This document shows, piece by piece, positions 23,810 through 38,500 of a stretch of DNA of 64,000 nucleotides. Each line of letters starts with the position of its first letter. Position 1 is the first letter of the stretch. The position numbers and the translations under genes are program-made. Below the pieces are notes generated by a model, which worked only from the letters and a program-made list of their open reading frames with translations, searched no databases and was not told the origin of the DNA. The DNA comes from Pavona decussata (Eukaryota): NCBI GenBank assembly GCA_977016875.1, contig CDRNST010000251.1:1302001-1366000 (forward strand), written 5' to 3'.

Positions 23810-25560
23810 GATCATTATCAGTAGCTGGGCACAGACCCTTATATAAAAAGGGCTAGTAATATAACAAATGACCACCGTATATAACTCAGTGCCAACAAAC
23901 AACCCTATATAAATACATAACTGAAAAAAGACCATATATAAGTAAACGGCTTTTATAAGACATGCGGCGATTATGAGACATATTACAAACGGCGATTATA
24001 AGACGCCTTATAAACGGCGCTTATAAGACGCCTTACAAACCGCGATTATAACACTCCTTATAAACCGCGATTTTAAGACGCCTTATAAACGGCGATTATG
24101 AGACATATTTCAAACGGCGATTATAAGAACGCCTTATAAACGGCGATTATAAGACGCCTTATAAACCGCGATGATAACACTCCCTATAAACCGCGATTTT
24201 AAGACGCCTTACAAACCGCGATTATAAGACGCCTTACAAACCGCGATTATAAGACGCCTTATGAACAGGGATTATAAGACTCCTTATAAACCGCGATTTT
24301 AAGACGCCTTACAAACCGCCATTATAAGACTCCTCATAAACCGCGATTTTAAGACGCCTCACAAACCGCGATTATAAGGCGCCTTATGGACAGGGATTAT
24401 AAGACTCCTTACAAACCGCGAATGTAAGACTCCTTATAAACCGCAATTTTAAGACGCCTTATAAACCGCGATGATAAGACTTCAAGACTCCTTGAACTCC
24501 TTATAAACGGCGCTTATAAGACTTATGAACAGGGATTATAAGACTCCTTACAAACCGCGATTATAAGACGCCTTACGAACAGGGATTATAAGACTCCTTA
24601 CAAATCGCGAATGTAAGACTCCTTATAAACCGCGATTTTAAGACGCCTTATAAACGGTGATTATAAGACGCCTTATGAACAGGGATTATAAGACTCCTTA
24701 TAAACCGCGATTATAAGGTGCCTTATGGACAGGGATTATAAGACTCCTTACAAACCGCGAATGTAAACGCCATTTTAAGACGCCTTATAAACGGCGATTA
24801 TAAGACGCCTTATGAACAGGCATTATAAGACTCCTTATAAACTGCGATTTTAAGACACCTTACAAACCGCGATTATAAGACTCCTTATAAACCGCGATTT
24901 TAAGACGCCTTATAAACAGCGATTATAAGACATCTTACAAACCGCGATTATAAGACATCTTACAAACCGCGATTATAAGACTCCTTATAAACCGCGATTT
25001 TAAGACGCCTTATAAACAGCGATTATAAGACATCTTACAAACCGCGATTATAAGACATCTTACAAACCGCGATTATAAGACTCCTTATAAACCGCGATTT
25101 TAAGACGCCTTACATACCGCGATTATAAGACTCCTTAAAAACGGCGATTATAAGACTCCTTATAAACCGCGATTAAAAGACTCCTTACAAACCGCGATTT
25201 GAAGACTCCTTATAAACAGCGATTATAAGACAACTTACAAACGGCGATTATAAGACGCTTTATAAACGGCGATTATAATACTCCTTACAAACCGCGATTA
25301 TAAGACTTCTTATAAACGGCGATAATAATACTCCTTACAAACGGCGATTTTAAGACTCTTTACAAACGGCGATTATAAGACTCCTTATAAACGGCGATTA
25401 TAAGACTTCTTATAAGCGGCGATTACAAGACGCCTTATAAGCGGCGATTACAAGACGCCTTATAAACGGCGATTATAAGACTGCTAATAAGACTCTTTAC
25501 AAACGGCGATTGTGACTCCTTATCAGCGGTGATTCGATTATAAGACTCCTAATAAACGGC
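23810..25560 (+). repeat. Left arm: ~125-bp terminal inverted repeat plus 25-bp tandem array (TTATAAGACGCCTTATAAACCGCGA)
   Basis: About 60-65 units; reverse complement of 58100-59928. Confidence 0.93.
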
Positions 25561-26827
25561 GATCATCCATAAACGGCGTCTTTACGTCTTTAACGCCGTT
25601 TCTAAGATTTCTTATCAAATTGATCGTAAGAACGCTAAACCTTATGAACGCTTTTGCTAATTCCATACGAAAACTGTTCTTTCGGAACACGTTTTCGTTA
25701 CGAAAATCGACTTTTAAATCGCCAGATTAAGGGTCCTTACGCTTTAAGATTTGTCGATTTACGAACCCGTGAAGTCGTCTGCCCCCATAGCACACAATTA
25801 CCATATCTTTCATGTAGGTTTTGTTAAGTTTTATTTCTTAATACTAACCCATTATTACATTAATAAATAGTAAATAAAACAAAGTAATCAATAGTGTTTC
25901 TTTTAAAAATGCCTAATTTAGATTCAAATGTCAACCCATCAAAAAGCATGAAATTTGATTTTCGGTTCTTTTCAGAAAAATAAGTGGACATTGTTATCTG
26001 TTTTAGGAAAGTTACAATTAAATATTGGAGATACCGTCACAAAAATCTTATCGGGTGAGATGATTTAAGCATCTTTGTGCTTCTAATAATCTGGGCGTTT
26101 TTCACACCCAAACCCTGGGTTACCGTAAACTTTAATTCTAAGTTAATAACTAGTCAATACGGATGATGCACAAGAGTCTGTCATATGGTATCGAGAATAG
26201 TAAAAGTTAGACTATTTTGTGGCATCTCCAATTGGGTATTTATTACTGGTACATAAACAGTGGATCTCGATCGAATCGCACAATCTTCAAAAAAGAACTG
26301 AAGTGAACATCTAAGGAAAGCCAAACAAAATACAATGGAAACAGGGCCTGGTTTTTCGAGTAACGATAAACCGAGCTTTACGATGCCTTTGGCAAGTGTT
26401 CTAGATGAAAAAAAAAGTTATTTACATAAATGAACAGCAAAAGGCGTAATGCGTTGTAATAAAAATACTGTAATTATGTTTCTTGGTTGTTGAATGTCAC
26501 CTATGAAGTAAAAAAAAAAGAGAGAGAGAACATACGGCATGAGTCTATTGTAGTTTTCGTGTTGGGTATTTCATCCTTATTTTACTTACATGAACAAATG
26601 TACAATCAAATTGTTTTTCAACTAATTTTGACTTTTGCACCGAATTTAAGCCCTCCTTGCCCACTAGATGGTTTTGCGAAATCAATGCTCGTTTAATGGC
26701 AGGATCCTTGTTGCTAAGGCCTTATTCACGGAGAAAAGAACAGTACTGCACATTTAAAAAAAAAAAACAGAAAAACCCATAGTGAGTGATGCACGTAGTG
26801 ATACTTACAGCTCCGCTGTTGTCTTGG

Positions 26828-26873
26828 TCATCATTGTCATCATTGTCATCATTGTCATCATTGTCATCATTGT
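26828..26873. repeat. 9-bp tandem repeat (GTCATCATT)n, reads (DND)n on the minus strand
   Basis: Five perfect units between minus-strand splice-like sites. Confidence 0.85.
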
Positions 26874-28429
26874 CCAGTCGGGGTCGTTTAGAGGTTTCTC
26901 CCTAAAAGGAATTAAAAAACAAAACCCAAAGAAACTCATTACGTATACAACACGACAGTACAAAAATGTGGAGTTCTAACATCTTAAAACAGTTCTCATG
27001 CTATCACTAAAGCACATCAACATAACAATTCCTTTTGCATTTTGGAAGAGAAAGTCACTGTAACGTGGCTTGATGGCTAGCTGGCTATCCTAACCACACT
27101 TTTCGACAGCTTAAAAGTTAAGACGAGTGGGAGAACTTGCTATTCTTACAGTTTTTAAGATATCCTGGGAATACTTTGTGAAATGGTTGGTCTGACAATG
27201 CAACGAATGTCAGAAGGCCAGTCACTTCTTAGATTATGCTTTGCGTTGATTTTATGTTTCTTTCAAATTACTGACCTGCTTTTGGATAGCAAGGAGTCTC
27301 TTCTGTCGCACCTGAAAAATATTCCCACAAATTATCAGCTTACATTCAAGCAACAAGTTCACCTCAATACCATTTGAGTGTACCGCATTGATGAAAAAAT
27401 AAGATCGTTTAAAGGTGAGTATTGCATGCTGTATACAACACATCCCCAAGTCTCATCTCCTTCTTCGATTTCTTTTCATTTCCTATACTCTTCTCTTAAA
27501 AAATAATTTCTCTATGTGTAAATAGAGTACATGTAAATAAATTTTACACAAAATCTCTGTAGCTTGTTATACTGGTCTCCTTTTAAAGTTATATGATGTC
27601 ACTTTTTATTGATTTAGACAAAAGATTATTTAGTACCTGCTCATATTCAGGGCTGTCCCTCTCAGTTTCATCCAAATCTTCCTGAAAAACACATTTTTTA
27701 TTTGCATATAAATAACTAGAATATCCCTCAGAATAATAGTTTATGTTTTGTTTCTGCACAGAGCAATACTCTGTGCCCCCACGTTTACTCCCAATCAAAG
27801 GGAAGGGGAGTGGACGACTAATAGAATTGGGGCTCCATCTACAAGTGTTTATTCATTAATCAGAAGAAAAAAATTCATTATAAATGTGGTGTTACGTACA
27901 AGACTTAGTAGTGACCAGTGACTGTCATTTACTTCGGACCATTTTAAATATATAAGTGGATGTTAAAATTAATTATCCCCTAAGGAATACAATTTTCTAG
28001 CGAAAGTGTGTCTAGCAATTTAATTAGTTAAGAAACAGGACCGAATCAAGATAGCACTATTATCTTCAAGGTTATTCATTGGCATCACTTGCCATATAAT
28101 AGTCACCGGATTCAAATACTTAAAGACTCCCTTTGCAATCGAGTTATTGAAGGCCATCGGAGTCAGGCTTCTCAAAACCCGCTAGCACGTGTACAGCTAC
28201 TTTCTCTTATTAAAAAGTGACTGATCAGGGGAATCTGTGATTGAATCTCGTGTTTGAAGGTGGCTCTTGCTTCTGAAACATTGTACATAAACGCTAGGCG
28301 GTTACTAGCCAACTTTTCGTTGGCTCATGTTGTGCTGCAATCTTACAATGTGGAAATCGTGTCATTTGGACCAACACGTCAGATGCATGTTCAGCAATGT
28401 GGGAAATAGCATTTTTGTGATAACAAAGC

Positions 28430-29690
28430 GTCGCGATCAAGTTCCTTAAAAACGCCATTGAGATCAGATTTTTTAAACATGCCATCGCTATCAAGTTCTT
28501 AAAAACACCATCGCGATCAAGTTTCTTAAAAACCCCATTGAGATCAGGTTTCTTAAAAACGCCATTGAGATCACATTTCTTAAACACGCCATCGCGATCA
28601 AGTTCTTAAAATCGCCATTGAGGTCAGATTTCTTAAACATGCCATCGCTATCAAGTTCTTTTAAAAAACGCCATCGCGATCAAGTTTCTTAAAAACCCCA
28701 TTGAGATCAAGTTTCTTAAAAACGCCATTGAGATCACATTTCTTAAACACGCCATCGCGATCAAGTTCTTAAAATCGCCATTGAGATCAAGTTTCTTAAA
28801 AACGCCATTGAGGTCAGATTTCTTAAACATGCCATCGCTATCAAGTTCTTAAAAACGCCATCGCTGTCAAGTTTCTTAAAAACGCCATTGAGATCAGGTT
28901 TCTTAAACATGCCATCGCTATCAAGTTCTTAAAAACACCATCGCGATCAAGTTTCTTAAAAACACCATGGCGATCAAGTTTCTTAAAAACACCATGGCGA
29001 TCAAGTTTCTTAAAAACACGATCGCGATCAAGTTTCTTAAAAACACCATCGCGATCAAGTTTCTTAAAAACACCATGGCGATCAAGTTTCTTAAAAACAC
29101 CATGGCGATCAAGTTTCTTAAAAACGCCATTGAGATCAGGTTCCTTAAACATGCCTTCTCAAACTCATTAATAATTCAAAAGCCAAAGACAAAGGAAATC
29201 ATACACCGTGACGTGTTTGGATATCTGATGAAAAACTTCTCGTTTTTGCATCCTTCATTTCTCCTTCAAAATCGGTTTGTTTGAGAAGTTATATCAAACC
29301 CTCGTCACAGTGTCATCACAATATCAAAAATCTCGAAGTTCGTCAAAAAAACTCCGCTAAGCGTCGTATTTTCAACTCTCTTCTCGGTGTTTGATATGTG
29401 ATGAAACACTGTGTCTCGTGTTTGATATATTACATCGCGATCAAGTTCTTAAAATCGCCATTGAGGTCAGATTTCTTCAACATGCCATCGCTATCAAGTT
29501 CTTAAAAACGCCATCGCGATCAAGTTTCTTAAAAACCTCATTGAGGTCAGATTTCTAAATATGCCATCGCTTTCAAGTTCTTAAAAACACCATCGCGATC
29601 AAGTTTCTTAAAAAACACCATGGCGATCAAGTTTCTTAAAAACGCCATTGAGATCAGATTTCTTAAACATGCCATCGCTGTCAAGTTTCT
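28430..29690. repeat. 26-27-bp minisatellite (AAAAACACCATCGCGATCAAGTTTCTT variants), interrupted at ~29155-29433 by an interspersed repeat
   Basis: Direct tandem units. The insert resembles 20940-21140 (atatcaaac...gtttgatat family). Confidence 0.9.
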
Positions 29691-30494
29691 TGTAAAAAAA
29701 GCAACGCGAAAAAACCTGGCGCGTTCAATCCGAGAAAAACTCCAATAATAACGAACGAACAACATTAATCATTACAAACTAGGGCCAACTTGCGACGTCG
29801 AATTAAATTGGTTATTGCATTCTTTCTCCTGAATCTCTAAGGTTGATGAGACAAGCGTACGACAGTCAATGTTCCCAGGAATGGTTTTGGTGGTGTTCAC
29901 GAACCATGTAAAACGCTTTCAGGATGAGATTATGGTTTCAGTCAATTACAATGTCGTGAATTAGCCTGTACCACGAACCATGCGAAGGGAAACGTTGCTA
30001 AACCAAAATGGCGCGAAATGGAACTGGAGGTTACGCGCTATACGGTTACACGGTTGCAACAATTTGCTGTTTTCGACATACCAAGTTTGAAAGGAATAAT
30101 TTGTTTTCTTCGAAATTATTGACATTTGTTCTCTAAATAATACGTATAACGCGCCAGTTCTTTTCTCTGTAACCACACAACAAGCATCAGATACTTAAAA
30201 CGCCATTGGACCATCCAATACGACTCATTTACGGTCATAATTAAGCAGTTTGCATCCAAATTCTTATCCCCTCCATACGAGTGTGGGCCATTAACCATCA
30301 CATTAAAAAAGCCCTCGAAATCCGTTGCTTGGAACTCGACAAAATTAAGCTTTCAAAATGTTTCAAGCTTTCAACACAGGACACCCGACAACTCAAAGAA
30401 ATAGCTAGAAATGTTACCTCTTTGTGCGTTAATCTTCTCAAAACATCAAGTTCTTAAACATGTCATTGGGTTTGTTAGTGGGGAACTTATACAG

Positions 30495-31452
30495 TGTAGA
30501 AGAACATTTTTTTTACCTCCTCCTCGTTGTTATCTTGTGCTCCAGCCTCATTGTCACCCTATAAGTAGACAACAAAATGAATCATTCACAAAGTTCGTTG
30601 AAATAAACATTTTCAGGCCAGAATTTTTGGATACAATTTTTTGTTGTAGTAAATAAGTCCGTGAGTTTTAATGTGAAACGGTTATTTTACGGGCAATGAC
30701 CTACATTCAATGTCGAGACAGACTATTTCTCTCTCAAGTCTTCCATCAAGTAACATAATTGAATTGTTTCGCTTGAGATTCTTTATTCTTGTTCTTTATT
30801 TTTGCTTTAATAGAGCTTCAAAACCGCGGCATGCATCATCAAGTTTTTAAATTTGGTTCACGTTTCTTCAAAGCGCTCGCTCTTTAAAGAGGAATAGGAG
30901 GCTAGAGCCGCTTACGGATTACAACATTGTCAGCCGGAAACTAAACAGAAGAACATTTCTTTTACCTGTTCCTGGTTGTCTTCCTGTGCAACAGTTCCAT
31001 GTTCACCCTACAGGTAGCAAACAATATGAAACATTCACAAAATTGGTAGAAAGAAACATTTTCGGGCGGAATTTTTTGTTGTAGTAAATAAGGTCGTCAC
31101 TTATAATGTAATGCTTTTGTTTGTTTGTTTGTTTGTTTATAGTGGAAATGCACTTAGCTACCCAAAGCTAGTTTACAGGCATTCCACTCAGAAATAACAG
31201 GACACAAAAAAAAAAATCAAATCGTACACAACATGTCAAAAAATCCCAACTAGCAGGAGGCAAACCAGCTGGCTATTTACAAGCGTGGCCGAGGCGGGAC
31301 TTGAACCCAGGACCTCCGGAATTCAAGTCCGGCGCCCTTGCCACTAGGCCAACTTCTTAGCAATGACCAAAATGCCAGTAGAGATAATTTCTCTCTCAAG
31401 TCTTCCATCAAGTAACATATAATTATAGTATTTTGCTTGAAATTCTTTATTT
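30495..31452 (+). repeat. Diverged local tandem duplication (~30495-30790 vs ~30948-31452), the second copy interrupted by a SINE
   Basis: Shared blocks agaagaacattt...tttacct, cattcacaaa, tgttgtagtaaataag and ctctctcaagtcttccatcaagtaacat. Confidence 0.8.
31120..31351 (-). mobile_element. tRNA-derived SINE
   Basis: Minus strand TGGCCTAGTGG (A box)...GGTTCAAGTCC (B box), then a body and an (AAAC)n tail. Confidence 0.75.
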
Positions 31453-32569
31453 TTGTTCAAAGAAATGAAAAATAAAAGAATGAAGACCCTTAAGACCGTT
31501 CAGAAGGCAATTGGCAATTACTGCCAGTATTTATATTTTGTGCAAGAAGCATCTTTTAACTTACAGTTCCTTCCTTTTTTCTTCTGTCTTCCCTTTCCTA
31601 AGACGAATAATGCGAGTTACTCTTGTTTCTGCTTCATTTCCAAACAAAACTCGTTGAACAGGGAAATGCATAATAGAAGATCTATATGTACATTGCACAG
31701 CGTACACTGTGCATGTACATCAATTACATTTGCGGGCATCATACACTGTATTTTCTGACTAAACTGACATGAGAGAGCAGATTCAGTGGACGATTTCTGG
31801 GATTTAACATCATAATGCCTAAGGGGAAGCATATATTCAATTAACTCCAGCCGACCCTACAATCATTCTCTTATCTGGCCTCTCATTTTACTGATAGATC
31901 CTGTCAATGCAGTAGATTCAGCTTCAGCTTGTGACCCTGGAAGGGTGTCCGTCTTAGAGATCTTAAGGTGCCCAATACTAAACAACTTTTACCATAACCA
32001 CATTTTGCATACATGTACATATTTTGATGCATTTGAACAACCTCTGTCAATCACTTTTGCCAATAAATGTATTTTTTTTTTTTTCTGAACCATTACAAAG
32101 TTTTGTGAATATTGTTAATGCGCATTGGGTCTACATGTACATGTAGTATACTGAATCTGCAAAGATATGCAATTTAAGTGCCTTTTTGGGGGGCCATTTT
32201 AAACAAGAATTTTCTTAAGATGTCAAGTGTCTCCTAATGCCTGCCCTAAAGTGTGTCCGTTCGGGGACTGTTTATGTAACATCGTGTCTAGATGCATACT
32301 CATCTTTTTGCAAGTTTACTCACCGATTCTTTCAATTGCCGATCTTGTTCTCGGCGTAACTCCCTGTTTTGCTGGAGAAAGGCCCTGTTATGAGAGAGCA
32401 ATGTTCAATGCATCAACAATCTAAAAAAAACTATATGTACATGTACCGATAACAATGGACCAGCACTAATACATGAATGTGTTGTGAACAATAAAGAAGG
32501 TTTTAAGTAGAGAGGCACACAGTATAAAATAGGCAGTTCATAAATATCACCTAATGGAGAGTAACTAAC

Positions 32570-35500
32570 CTGGGATAAGACTCCTAAATTTGAATGGTAT
32601 ATAGGTAGAAGAGAAAAATTTAGCTTTGCTAAGCTCGCCTCTCTTCGCTCTATGCGCCGCTTAAGAGCTTGTTTACAGGCTGGAGAATCACAAAATCCTG
32701 GATCTCCATAAGTGCAGTGACTCCACTTTAATGTATGATGGTTTGCGTGTGTTGTCATGACAGCAACGTTGGGATGGCAATGTGTACAGGGTCCACAGTA
32801 AGATTATCTTCACTGGGAGTTAACTTCCATTTTCATGTAAGCTATGTGAACAGATTTTCTTTTGTTTTGTCCACCAACAAGGCTGTTACGCAATCCATCT
32901 GGTCAGTATAGAGAAATTAAGTGCATATTACCTTTGCGCCTGCACTGCCTGCGCAGCATGACAGGCCTCTGTTACTGCAGACCCAAGATGAGTTATAGCC
33001 TCATGTCCTAGAAAAAAGACAAGTTCAAAATAAATTTCTGTTTCCACAGTCCTAGGTTAAAACACAACTACTCAAACAATACAAAAATGGTAACATCCAC
33101 ATTTGAAAACACACCTGCAATTATGTCGCCCACAACCAACCTAGCTGACGACATTGTGGGCTGCATTATTCTTATTTCGACGTCTGGTGTGCCCAAGCTC
33201 CGTCTCTGTTTTCCACAGGCTATCAATATAATAACAACATGTTTTAAAGATCTCACATTTGACTTAACAATGGCTTCCATTCATTCTATTTCTTATTAAC
33301 AATGTTTGGATAGTACATGTACTTTCTATTTCCACCATAACAATCTCTTTTTGTTTACAAGATCATTTCATAAAAATGTCACAGTAAAGTGCATATGTAT
33401 GTACATACCTTGCTCATCAAATTCAGATCCCATGAGAGCAACATGGACATTGCAATCTTGCAATCTGGCGACGCCTTCTGACATCATAAGGGTTCTGTAG
33501 TTGGATATATTATAACAAATGAGGCAATAGTTAAAAATGTATACATGACTTAAGTCTAAATCCTCTGCCTTGTAAAAATATTCACAATGACTCATGTGAA
33601 TATCTGCACAATAATTTCATGATGTTTTTTTTTTTCAAGAGTCACCAGGGAGTAATGTTCTTTGAACACTCAGGCACATCAATCAAGATAAGATTAAGTT
33701 AGCATGTACATTCAAATTTACATCCAATGATAACTTCTGTAAATAGTCCCATCTTCTCTAGGTTATTTTAAACGTACATTTCAAATTCAAACAAAGTACC
33801 AAAATGTCATCAAAAACCTCATCATTAGTGAACCCTGCTCCCTAACTACCAACCTTAACAGATCAGCAGCCTTTTGTGTCAGTCTGTATCTGATTAGACA
33901 GACAGGGGTTCCATCGAAATGACTCTGGAGCCGCATCTGTTTTAATTAATAATATACTTTCATGAATATTAACACTGATTTGTCAATCAAAATAATTTAA
34001 TGCATGCATTCCTATTGAATGTTTACAAATATATAAAGGAAAGCAAAATACAATCCACTGGACAGTTTACACTTGTAAGCATCCATTTGTGAAATTGCAT
34101 AATAAGATCACAGCAGCCCTAAGAACAGATTTCCTACAAAAAAACTTGACGGCAATCCACAAAACTTTATAATTTACAAACATAAATAGATACACGTACG
34201 TAAACATAGATCTACGCAGTACACACCAGTCCTCTAACTCAACGACATTAATTATTTTGTACAATACAAACAAACAAACAAAAAAAAGCAACTTCAGCCT
34301 GTATGCAAAAAATATGATATACTTTATGGTTGCGACTATATTTTTCTCATATCACAAGAGGTCTAGCAATGTTGTGTGCAGGATGCTATAAATGGGGAAG
34401 TACAGTACCGCTCGAATAAATTATTGAAACTTGAAAAAATTAATGTTAATCTACATGTAACGTTTTTCAAGTTTTTGCATTTTTGTTTCCAAAACAAGCT
34501 ACAACAGATCATGAGTTGTTCCTTTCAATAATTGAGTTGATTTCTTTCCTTTCGTTGTTCTAGAATTATTTTGTAGCTATGTGAAGGTCTTACATTGTAT
34601 TTCAAAGAGGTCAAAAACCCCATGACACTTCCCCGTTAACAAAGGGCAGCCTGGCAATGTTTTACAGATTGCATTTACAGCATGTGTTATTTCATCAAGA
34701 TGTTGTCCAAATTCTCACGTTGTATGCCCAGAATGGCTTAATGTATCAGTAAATAATTGAAACCCTGACCCTTGATTCACGGTCACCTTGATTCATCTTG
34801 TCTAGTTCTAAAATACAATTGAATTAAAAGACAAATAATAACGGAGGGGGGAGGATCATTTGATTGACGCATTAATTATCAATACAGTACTTGTATCGTT
34901 GTTGCGCACCCACTTGCGGGAAAACAAGTATGATCAACTATCAAATTAAAAGTACCATATGAAGCTTCGTATTCTTATGTACCATTAAAGTATAATCTGT
35001 TCATGTTGTCCTTCAGCAGCATGGTTAAAAATATATAAGACTGTTCTATTGAGGCCTTAAACTGCTGTTTAAAAGTTAAAACTAAAATCCAAGCTTTCGC
35101 CCATCAACGGCATGCAAGTGTCTATACTGTAAGTAACTACAGTACCTGTGTTGCTGTTAGGCACAGGGGAGTAATTGGTTGCCTAATGTTGTTGGCCCTT
35201 AAGAAAGTGTCCAGCACTCCAATGTCAAATAAGGGACCACTTCTTGGATCTATACAAAAACAAACACAAAAATTTCCTCTTGTGGCAATTACAGAAACAT
35301 CAAGTTAATTCGCTCAAATTGAAATACTGTATAATCCTAGTAACTTGAACTCCGAAGGGAGACAAAAAACTGTTTGAGTTAACAGAGGTTCGAGTTATCA
35401 GGAAGCTGAGGCTTTCGGGTAGAAAAAAACTTTGTCAACATTTTAAAGAAAGAATTGGAATTGAGATGTGAGCATTATGAACTAAAATTTGTAAATGTGA

Positions 35501-38500
35501 CAGCTTAACAGGAAGTGCATGTGGTTTGACTAAAGAGATCTGAAATGACTATCAAATGCGTATGTTGGTGCAATTAGGAGCATTGACAAAAAAGTTGCAT
35601 GATGTTTTCAATAACGGTTGATAAGTTAACATCAGTAAATGTTTGCAAACTGTTAATCCAACTCTTCATGTACACTGCATGTGTTAATAGTGTTTCAAAC
35701 CATATCGCTCACTCTCCAGTCTTCAATTTTAGCATAAACCTCTAAGCTAACTGGAACAAGCCAAGAAACAACTTACCTGTTTCAGCTGCTATTAGCACGT
35801 CTGGCATCTCTTGTACTTCTCCAACTTTGCAATTAAAGAGTTGTTGTTTATATTAAACAATTATTTATATTCATTTGAAATTATTCATATTTTAAAAAGT
35901 GCTTAAGTGATACAAAGCACTTATTGCAAGTGTACGTTTCCATATTAAACTTAGTATTATGGTGTCTGCAATAACCATGTGAACTCTACTGGGAATTCCA
36001 GCAATTATAAATCCTCAGGAGATGACTTTATACATGTAAATCTTTAGGTAACTCAAAGAGTTACGTTCTACACCCGTCAATAAAATTTAATGTTTTGAGT
36101 GCGCATGCCACAAATGAAACTCTACCAACTGGTACAGCCAAAGGTCATAAGCTTGATCAGCAATATACATGTACTCCAAAGCAATTAAAGTACTAGAAGT
36201 TCTTCAAATATGAGTCTCGGATAATGGTTACACAACTCACCCTCTCTAGCATCTTTATCCCATGTTGACCTATCATCATCACGCCAGGCGATACTGACCA
36301 TGGGCACATTTTCAATTTTATCTACAAAATTGCAAACAGTGAAAGGCAACATGATTTTCTCTCTGCCACTTCATCAGACATGGGCATCAATAATCTTTGT
36401 TCTGGACTGTATACATGGCAGTTTGCTCAAGTGGTTTGCAGACTTTATGCATAAGTGACTTAAATCCCATCTAAGCTCACTCCTTGGATATGTTTCTTTA
36501 CTATTGTTAGTTGCTTTCTTCTACATCACTTAAAGCTATACAGTGGTGCATTTGGATTGAATTCAATTATTGTTCCATGTTTTTTCTATCTAAAATGGGT
36601 TCCAAATTAATTAATACACTGTTACCGTAGCAAGTAACAAAAATTTGACAAACTACCATTCATAATAATTGTGATTGTTTTGTTTTCACTACTCTTGCCA
36701 AGAAAACAGACCACTTACCATATGATCTTCGATAAAGCTTTTCCACATCTGAAATGAAAGGACCTTCAAGTAAAATAAAAAAGCAAAGTCTGTGATTGCA
36801 TGATAGAGTGTCCATACTGACTTTTGTCTTAACATGTACTTGTCTCCACCAAGTACTACCTATTACTTGCCAATAATAAATTTTATTTATAAATTTTTAT
36901 TTATTTTAAAAAATACTGTCTGTTGAGTGCTGATTTACCTTACAGGTGTAGTTTATGTTGTGAAGCCCAGACACAAACTTCAAAGTTGACTAGTACTGTA
37001 TTAAACAATATAAGAGTCATTGGGATTGGCTTGCAAAGAGCTCAATATCAACTTTTAAAAGGTATCACCTACATTTTCAAATTACATCCCCCACAGTTCC
37101 AGAGATTTCCCTGGATTAGTTATTTTCAATATTGGGTTGATCACACTGGTCTGTTATTCAATTGTGGAGCCAACAACTGTTAACATTCAAACTTATTTGG
37201 TGTTCAGAAGTGAATAGGCTTACAATCGTGCCTTAGAGCTAGTGCAATTTTGCAGAACCTTCCAAAACTTCACTTGCTTCAGGGTGGTTACACGATAAAG
37301 GTTAACTTTTGAAAGTAGGTTGGTTTGTGCATTGATGATTTGGAATACATTTTCAAACTTTTTATACACTGCACCTGATAATTGCTGCCTTGGAATTGGC
37401 GTTGATTGGTGTACATGAACGTCGTCTTCACTATCACTGACGTCAACTGAAAAGACAGTGAAGCAGCTAAATACTGTTGCTGTATATGTATTTACAATGT
37501 ACTGGCCTTATTGTTCTTAAAGCATTTGATTTTCATTGAAGAGTGACAGCTAGAATAAACATGTATGTTGAAACTGTAGGACATTGATGAAAGTTGTTGA
37601 TTAAGTGGTCCATCAAAATTAGTTTCCACTTTGCCTATACAAAAAAAACAAAATGACATGCCTTTTACAGTAGAGTTATAATCTCAATGGTATTATTCAG
37701 ACAAGGTACTACTTTTCAAAGACAACATACAGTAGAAAGTTAACTTGTGTCTTATCACGTGCATTCCAGTCTGAGTAGTACATTCACATATACTTGAATC
37801 TTGTACTTTTAATACAGTCACTCAGAGATTTAATGTATATTTGTAAACGGATAATCTTACAAAATTACAACATTAAATGAGCAGTGCGCATTAACATACA
37901 AGTATTTACCAATGAAAAATTATTTTATTACCTGTATCTTGCCTTGGAATTCTGTTATAACCTGATATGTAACCGGCAAAAATAGTATGATCACATTTTG
38001 TTTTATTTTAGTTTTTCTTTTTATCTCAGAGATAGAAATTAGCACCAGCCCACTCACCTTGGTGAGTGTCAAATCATTGTAGTTGTGAATGTTTTGGTAC
38101 CAAGATCAATCACCCATATAGCTAGTACTGTCAAAATTCATAGTTTCCAACCCTGTATATCATGAATGTAGTTGTGATTCTACAAGGAATAATCTTAGAA
38201 ATAAGCTGACAAAGTTCAAATGTAAGGACAAAAAAGTTGTTCAAATGCTCTCAGGCAGCTCATCGACAATGTTTTAATTTTCTATTTTTTATTTCAAGAC
38301 TTACCTACAATAAAATAGGATTGAAAATAGGTCATTTTGCAACTCTAGCATCCCATTTACTTCCTGTCTAGATGTATTCTAGAAGAAACTTACTGAATTT
38401 GCCAAAGTATGGGTCATTGGCCCGGGGGGGTTACTTCCTTATAAGAGGCTAATGGGGATGCACCGCTGGATGGGGTCGCATTTTCTACCTGGATTGACTA

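Noticed and set aside
23950-25560. Regular short repeats resembling a CRISPR array (also 28430-29690 and 58100-59750)
   Set aside because: No unique spacers, no cas genes and a eukaryotic spliced context; these are tandem minisatellites.
28841-29284. ORFs reading (KKLDRHGVF)n or (MAIKFLKNT)n
   Set aside because: Translations of a 27-bp minisatellite that is open in several frames.
31290-31351. Possible tRNA genes (also 62660-62720)
   Set aside because: A and B boxes are present but the cloverleaf is incomplete and they are joined to SINE bodies.
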